A DNA stretch of 64,000 nt from Alphaproteobacteria bacterium (GTDB lineage: Bacteria; Pseudomonadota; Alphaproteobacteria; Micropepsales; Micropepsaceae). Location of the stretch: the NCBI GenBank assembly GCA_013697055.1, contig JACCXK010000142.1, positions 1,651-65,650 of the forward strand, given 5' to 3'. This document shows, one piece after another, positions 35,628-40,406 of the stretch. Every line of letters starts with the position of its first letter. Within the stretch, counting starts at the first letter, position 1. The translations under genes and the position numbers were made by a program. The notes under the pieces were generated by a model. It was not told the origin of the DNA, made no database searches, and saw only the letters and a program-made list of their open reading frames with translations.

Positions 35628-35859
35628 CTCGCGTTCACGAGGGGGCGTTCGTTCCGAAGCGCAATGTGGGAATCTTCTCGTTCCGCCCCCTAAGCTCGAC
35701 CACTCGGCCCTTCACTTTCCATTCAAGGTGCTGGTGACGAGGGTCGTAACACCGTCGAGGACCCCAAAACTGGGCCGCCTTGGTGGCCAATTTCAGACGC
35801 GGCTTGCCCCAGCAAGCGCCACCATCAGAATGATGGCCTCCAACTTTCGTCCGCTCATG

Positions 35860-36123
35860 CTATTCGCCCCACGGATAAATGATCCGAAGAGCAATCACGA
35901 AGAGCGACAACGCGATCCCTGAAAACAGCAGAATGAGGCCAATCTTCGCGCCTGTGCCTATCCAGCCCGCATCGGTCGCTGGCACCTTCGCGTTAGGGTC
36001 TTCCTTCATCTGATTCTTAATGAAGCAGTACCCCACAACAAACACGCCGATCAGGGCGGCGGCCAAGCCAACTTTGCTCAAAATAGCAGCGAACTTCCAC
36101 AGGGTGTCGGCCATCGGGTTCAT
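35860..36123 (-). CDS. Small two-TM membrane protein (87 aa)
   Basis: Two hydrophobic segments are present: LSKVGLAAALIGVFVVGYCFI and AKIGLILLFSGIALSLFVIAL. Confidence 0.45.
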   Translation of the reverse strand: MNPMADTLWKFAAILSKVGLAAALIGVFVVGYCFIKNQMKEDPNAKVPATDAGWIGTGAKIGLILLFSGIALSLFVIALRIIYPWGE

Positions 36124-36284
36124 TCGTGCTTATACCATAGCTGTCGCGCGGCAGAGATCAGAAATCGGTTACGGCAGAATCCAGCCTTACTCGGCTGAAC
36201 CGGGATGGAATTCAGGGAATGCGCCGAAGAACGGCAGGCCTTGACTTAGAATGGACGGCTGCAGAAGCTACAATCCCGGAAACG

Positions 36285-36506
36285 TTACGGTTTGATCCAA
36301 GGGTGTAGCCCTGAAGAGCGCAAACCCTCGTAGAACGCATCGGCGCTCACTTCGAGCTTGTGCCTTTCAACGCCGACAATCGCAATAATAGTGGGGCGGG
36401 CTAGTCCATAGGTTTGGGCAAGCTGCTGCGTCGTCGTACCGGTAATGTAATCGGCGAAAATCTTTCGATTCCGCTCTACTGTTTTCGCTCCCATGTGCCC
36501 CCCCAA
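36285..36506 (-). CDS. Small HTH protein, paralog of 22726..22908
   Basis: MGGHMGAKTVERNRKIFADYITGTTTQQLAQTYGLARPTIIAIVGVERHKLEVSADAFYEGLRSSG shares its motif skeleton with 22726..22908. Confidence 0.5.
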   Translation of the reverse strand: MGGHMGAKTVERNRKIFADYITGTTTQQLAQTYGLARPTIIAIVGVERHKLEVSADAFYEGLRSSGLHPWIKP

Positions 36507-36676
36507 TCAGTCGAAGACTAGTCCGCTCTGGAAAAGGCTTCAATGTGCTTTACGGAGGCGGAATCGGCCAATGGCGAGTTTCCAGCCTGGCGGCCATACC
36601 CTGTTGGCAACCCTATAACGCGCGAGTATGGCCACCAGCGTTGTGGCTCAGGGATAGCTTGGAATAGACTGTCCAT

Positions 36677-36982
36677 GTGAGACACACAGCAGCTCTTAGC
36701 GTTATTGTAATATGGGTGAGCACGAGCCTAACCGCCTGCTCACCGCCTAAAGCGCAAACGATTGCCTCGTGCCAAGCCCAAGCCATTTTACAAAGTCGCG
36801 GACATTCGCTCGATTCCTCTGATGTCGGTGAACTGACTGAAGCCTGCATGATGACCAAAGGCTATGAGCTCAAAGAAGACGGGCCGCGCTGCACTGATGA
36901 CATGCGGACTGCCACAAACCCCAAGTGCTATTACCGCAATACCTTGGTTGGTAGGCTGTCTTCTCGCCTTTCTGGTGACTGA
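36677..36982 (+). CDS. Putative lipoprotein (101 aa, GTG start)
   Basis: MRHTAALSVIVIWVSTSLTAC carries a lipobox (LTAC). The mature part is Cys-rich. Confidence 0.5.
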   Translation: MRHTAALSVIVIWVSTSLTACSPPKAQTIASCQAQAILQSRGHSLDSSDVGELTEACMMTKGYELKEDGPRCTDDMRTATNPKCYYRNTLVGRLSSRLSGD

Positions 36983-37125
36983 TAAGTGCACGAATTAGAA
37001 TGTTCGGGTGCCCTGGCATTGGCATAACTTTCCCCAATGTTGCAGCGCGCTCGTCAAACAGTCGTCTAGCGCCGTGAGTCGGTCGTTGCGCCGCCGGCGT
37101 GCTAGCAAGCCATCCCGCCGTATTT

Positions 37126-37151
37126 GGAACAGAATACAGTCAGGCTGCGTT
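37126..37151 (+). promoter_or_regulatory. Exact EcfG-type promoter motif GGAAC-N17-CGTT
   Basis: GGAAC at 37126-37130 and CGTT at 37148-37151, about 70 nt upstream of the ATG at 37222. Confidence 0.45.
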
Positions 37152-37221
37152 CATGCAGCGACCGACAGAATGGCGAGCGTTCAAAGCGCATTCCGGGACG
37201 GTCTCGGTTTCAACTACCATC

Positions 37222-37626
37222 ATGGAGCATCATATGATCAAGAACATACAGTTGAGTACCGCCTTATTCGCGACGGCCCTTCTTAGCGGCGTTGCGCTGG
37301 CGCCGATGATCGCCAGCGCCCACCCCGCCGAGCGGACGGTAAAGGCTGAGCCGGCACGACAGGTGCGGTTGGCCGCCGCTGCCACAAAGGAAGTGGAAGG
37401 CACCAAGGCCGATGTACGGGAAGACAAGGCCGAGGCAAAGGCTGCTCGGAAGGCCGACAAAGCCGAGGCCAAGGCGGACAGGGCAGAGGATACCCTGCTG
37501 ACCACCGTCCTGGGCGAAGGTGTTCTGGCTGTAGAGGTCACGCCAGTCGCGGTAGCCCCCGATGATTCCGAACAGCGTGCCGTCAGGCTGCAACGTCAGA
37601 CGCAGCTTGCCCCCGGAGAAATCTAG
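37222..37626 (+). CDS. Small secreted Lys/Ala/Glu-rich protein whose 3' third is read antisense through a gene fragment (chimeric ORF)
   Basis: MEHHMIKNIQLSTALFATALLSGVALAPMIASA is a signal peptide, followed by …KADVREDKAEAKAARKADKAEAKADRAED. The last ~45 codons overlap, on the opposite strand, the paralog fragment at 37489..37623. Confidence 0.45.
   Translation: MEHHMIKNIQLSTALFATALLSGVALAPMIASAHPAERTVKAEPARQVRLAAAATKEVEGTKADVREDKAEAKAARKADKAEAKADRAEDTLLTTVLGEGVLAVEVTPVAVAPDDSEQRAVRLQRQTQLAPGEI
37489..37623 (-). pseudogene. 45-aa fragment paralogous to the 20166..21650 protein
   Basis: The minus strand reads DFSGGKLRLTLQPDGTLFGIIGGYRDWRDLYSQNTFAQDGGQQGI. The 494-aa protein reads DFHKGRLRLKIDADGRAASGFVGGYRNWLDLLAENTFAQTGAEQGI. 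That is about 25 identities with one gap by eye. The flanking sequence shows no similarity. Confidence 0.65.
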
Positions 37627-37642
37627 GAATGTCACTACAACG

Positions 37643-37933
37643 ATGACTCCCATGAAGAAGCCATTTATTTTGATGGCCGGCGCGATGATAGCAGCCATTT
37701 CCATAGGCGAATTGGCTATTCAGCCTGCTCTGGCCCAAAATGGACCGCAGAACCAGTATCAAGACGACCGGGGAATACGTGCTCGGTTTGATGATGTTTA
37801 TCGCCAAGGTTATCGCGCCGGCTACACCGCAGCCCGTCACAACCAGCATTACGATGATAGACGCTACGACGACAGGCATGATGATCACCGCGATGGTCGT
37901 GACAATCGCGATTATCGTGATCAGCAGCGCTAG
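37643..37933 (+). CDS. Small secreted Asp/Arg/His/Tyr-rich protein (96 aa)
   Basis: MTPMKKPFILMAGAMIAAISIGELAIQPALAQ is a signal peptide. The mature part is NGPQNQYQDDRGIRARFDDVYRQGYRAGYTAARHNQHYDDRRYDDRHDDHRDGRDNRDYRDQQR. Confidence 0.55.
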   Translation: MTPMKKPFILMAGAMIAAISIGELAIQPALAQNGPQNQYQDDRGIRARFDDVYRQGYRAGYTAARHNQHYDDRRYDDRHDDHRDGRDNRDYRDQQR

Positions 37934-38095
37934 TTATTACCAAATTTGTGTAGTTGGACCATAGCTGCATAGGCTGATCAAAATGACCGACGGGCGCCCC
38001 ACTGAATACAGCCAATGGGGCGCCCGCACTTCGCTAAGTCCATTGCCTATGACAGCCGAAATATTTGAAAACAGAGCCAGGTTGGCTTGGAACTG

Positions 38096-38150
38096 CATGT
38101 CCGCTTCTAGCGCAAAACAGACATTGGCAAGACCCGGGCTGAATGACTGG
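38096..38150. repeat. REP/MITE-like element, copy G (degenerate, second half truncated)
   Basis: gcatgtccgcttctagcgcaaaacagacattgg, then caagacccgggct, then gaatgact…. Confidence 0.7.
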
Positions 38151-38326
38151 AGCCCGTAACCCCTACCGCCCTCTCCAATTCAACTTGCCGCTCGTGCATG
38201 TCAGATTCATTGCCGCGATATTGGGGCTGCTGTTCCTGCTTGGGGCGGGAGATCCATCCACTATTCCGGCCACGTTTACGAGTGAGAAGGTTTCACACGC
38301 GCGCGCCCGTTAACCTCAATTGAGCT

Positions 38327-38551
38327 CTAAGTCGCGTTGTCCGGTTTCGGACGCAATCGCCAACCGTATTTGTGAGAGTAGGGGCCGGCCTCTTCGTCTA
38401 TCACCTCGACGATCTCCTTCTTCACGAGTGACGCCATCGTTTTGCGGCCAATCCATGCCGGCAAATGAAAGATGTAGATTATCTCGCGGCCCGTGAATGC
38501 CCTAAGGGCTTTCCGCTCGCGCCAGGTCAAGTTTTCGCTGATCAGAGGCAT
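38327..38551 (-). CDS. Small hypothetical protein (74 aa)
   Basis: MPLISENLTWRERKALRAFTGREIIYIFHLPAWIGRKTMASLVKKEIVEVIDEEAGPYSHKYGWRLRPKPDNAT. I recognise no family. The upstream part of the track ORF looks non-coding. Confidence 0.4.
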   Translation of the reverse strand: MPLISENLTWRERKALRAFTGREIIYIFHLPAWIGRKTMASLVKKEIVEVIDEEAGPYSHKYGWRLRPKPDNAT

Positions 38552-38622
38552 GACGCGACAAATGATATTCAAGGGGTACGGTATTTCAAGAGCAATAGTT
38601 TTGTGATTCTTCGTACCGAATC

Positions 38623-39038
38623 CTAGTTGAAGGCCCCTAGGGCCGGGATCGCGTCGGTCATGATTGCTAATCCCTCGGCCAAGGCGGGCCCCGGTAACCC
38701 CGCCCAGCACCCCAGGGAATGGGTTTTCAGCTCCAGGTAAAGCGGGTCGGACAGCTCAGTGGTGCAGACCCCGCCCTCCACGACGAAGAGGAGGTTGGTC
38801 AGAGCATCCATTCGAGCATTGGCAGTTGGCAAAGGCGCCAACAAGGCAGCCAGGCGGCGGTCCTGCCGTGCCAACGTCATAAGAGCTACCCGACCCGGCC
38901 TGGTGAAACCATCGAGTGCGTAGCTTGGCAGACCCTCGATGTCCCGGACTTCTGAGGACCATGTCGAGGGCCCCGGATGTTGATCCAGTTGCCTGAAATT
39001 GTCCCGTTCAGTGCCTTGGCAAGTTCGATGAGTGTCAT
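38623..39038 (-). pseudogene. Probable remnant of an island primase/Toprim-type gene, broken across three frames
   Basis: The ATG at 39038 gives MTLIELAKALNGTISGNWINIRGPRHGPQK…, which resembles N-termini of island-borne primase-like proteins. ORF 38623..38880 contains LLFVVEGGVCTTELS…WAGL, reminiscent of the Toprim EG-x-ET-x-LS segment. Frames change at least twice and most of the gene is missing. Confidence 0.3.
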
Positions 39039-39133
39039 AGGCAAAGTCATCCTATTAGCGAAAGCGGGCTTCGCTCTGTACGGCGGGAAATTCAGGTCTG
39101 GTACTGTTACCGCTGGGCAGCGCCGAGCGTTTT

Positions 39134-39328
39134 CTACTTGTATTCCGCAGTAGAACGATGAGTGCGGCTGTTCACGAACTTATCCAGCGCTCCGATCTCG
39201 TAGACCACCTTGCGTCCGAGCTTCTTAAAGTCCGGGCCACAGCCATTCAGGCGCCAGACGGCCAGGGTCTGGCGAGCCACGCTCAAGTACTTCGAGGCTT
39301 CCTCTGTAGTAAAGAGATGCGAACTCAT
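39134..39328 (-). CDS. alpA: AlpA/excisionase-family HTH protein (64 aa)
   Basis: LFTTEEASKYLSVARQTLAVWRLNGCGPDFKKLGRKVVYEIGALDKFV is the typical AlpA-like pattern. It lies immediately downstream of the integrase remnant. Confidence 0.7.
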   Translation of the reverse strand: MSSHLFTTEEASKYLSVARQTLAVWRLNGCGPDFKKLGRKVVYEIGALDKFVNSRTHRSTAEYK

Positions 39329-39418
39329 GATCCTGCTCCACCTATCGTGCTTCGTTAAGAGCGTCCAAGATTGCGGAGCGTGGATGCAAATTCTAGGACC
39401 AATAGACCTCGCACTTTG

Positions 39419-40039
39419 TTATCCTTTAGGGGTGCCAAAGGTCTTCCCGCCATACCAGATTAGACCTTGGACATACCGCGAGGCTGGATAGCGGAACCGG
39501 GCTTTTCCGCACTGTGACGTGACGGCTTTCCGCACGAGGAGATAACTTTTCTTGGTGGCGGGAATGGAACAATAGGAGGTGGTTCCTTTAAGCAAATCGC
39601 GCGCAAGAATTGACCCGATCAGCGGGTTAATATGCCGCGTGATACGACCTTCATCGATGACGACCGTAGTTTGTCGTTTTGAGACGCGGAACCGCGTAAG
39701 CACCAGACCGGCCTTAGCTGCTTCCATATATATCTCGCAAAGCTCTGCGACTGTTATAGCCTGCCGAGCATCACGCTTTTGTCGTTGAGGATCTATGCCC
39801 AAGGAAGCGCTTCTGATGATCTCTCGGGCAGATGTACGGGCCTGTTCCACTGTAAAGGCCCCATAAGGGCCTATTCGGAGGCGGCGTGTTTGGCGCCCTA
39901 CCCGAACTTGGGCGACAAAAATCTTTCTCCCAGAAGGGTATATCCGCACGCCGAACCCCGGTGTAAGGCCGCACCAGACGAAGTACTCTTTATCAGCTGG
40001 CCCTGCTGCGCCGACGGTACGTTTGGTGAGGTGTTTCAC
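39419..40039 (-). pseudogene. P4-type tyrosine integrase, truncated: Arm/DUF4102 and the start of the core-binding domain only, no catalytic domain
   Basis: LTKRTVGAAGPADKEYFVWCGLTPGFGVRIYPSGRKIFVAQVRVGRQTRRLRIGPYGAFTVEQARTSAREIIRSASLGIDPQ…TVAELCEIYMEAAK…RHINPLIGSILARDL. Similarity ends after about 150 aa, and the ORF stops at 206 aa instead of about 400. Confidence 0.8.
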
Positions 40040-40215
40040 GGATTGCTATCTCCCTTATTGAAGTCCGGAAGCGCATCGGAAGCAAATGAACCGAATTGGC
40101 CCGAATTTCCACGCATGATGATAGCAGTGTGGCGCGCAAATAACACAATTAAAACGGGCCTCAAATCAATTTCGAAGTATCAGGATGAATTTTGGTAAAA
40201 CTCGGTTTTAATGAG

Positions 40216-40260
40216 TTGACATGGAAGGGGTCACAGGTTCGATCCCTGTGCCGCCCACCA
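40216..40260 (+). other. Orphan 3' half of a tRNA-Val(GAC)-like gene (anticodon loop to CCA), putative att remnant
   Basis: ttgacat (anticodon loop, GAC), ggaag, gggtc (variable loop), acagg-ttcgatc-cctgt (T arm), gccgccc-a-cca. No complementary 5' acceptor strand (gggcggc), D arm or 5' anticodon stem lies upstream, so this is not an intact tRNA. Confidence 0.6.
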
Positions 40261-40295
40261 TCATAAGCCGCGCGGAGGCGCGGCTTATGATGGTG
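40256..40295. other. Perfect 18-bp inverted repeat overlapping the tRNA-fragment 3' end
   Basis: Arms caccatcataagccgcgc and gcgcggcttatgatggtg with loop ggag. No T tract follows. It could be a terminator of the ancestral tRNA gene or of the convergent gene ending at 40407. Confidence 0.5.
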
Positions 40296-40406
40296 CCGAG
40301 CATCGCGCCCGGCAGGGACTTGAGCGATGCGAGGCCCAGAATGACAAGCGCCCCGCGCGTCAGCGATTTAAGGGCCGCGCAGCAGGGCGACTTTTCGAAA
40401 TTAAAA

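Larger units (their letters stand above)
31551..40260. mobile_element. Decayed integrative genomic island (AT-richer patch ending at an orphan tRNA 3' half)
   Basis: The right end holds a truncated P4-type integrase, an AlpA-like gene, a primase/Toprim remnant and a tRNA 3'-half repeat. The patch is full of short ORFs, gene fragments and REP copies, and its GC is visibly lower (some lines near 50%). The left boundary is set only by the end of tamB. Confidence 0.5.

Noticed and set aside
37264-37704. The 146-aa minus-strand ORF as an intact gene
   Set aside because: Only residues ~28-72 resemble the 494-aa operon protein. The rest has no similarity and overlaps two plus-strand genes that have signal peptides and a promoter motif. 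I treat it as a fragment (37489..37623).
1895-38150. The palindromic repeats as a CRISPR array
   Set aside because: The copies are kilobases apart and each is itself a double hairpin. There are no regularly spaced unique spacers and no cas genes are present.
40185-40400. An intact tRNA, or an alphaproteobacterial two-piece tmRNA (ssrA), at the integrase-proximal T-arm/CCA sequence
   Set aside because: No 5' acceptor strand (gggcggc), D arm or 5' anticodon stem lies upstream. Position 70 of the acceptor would be C, not the U needed for the G3:U70 alanine identity of tmRNA. I could not find an ANDN…-type tag reading frame or a GGGG… 5' strand downstream of the CCA.
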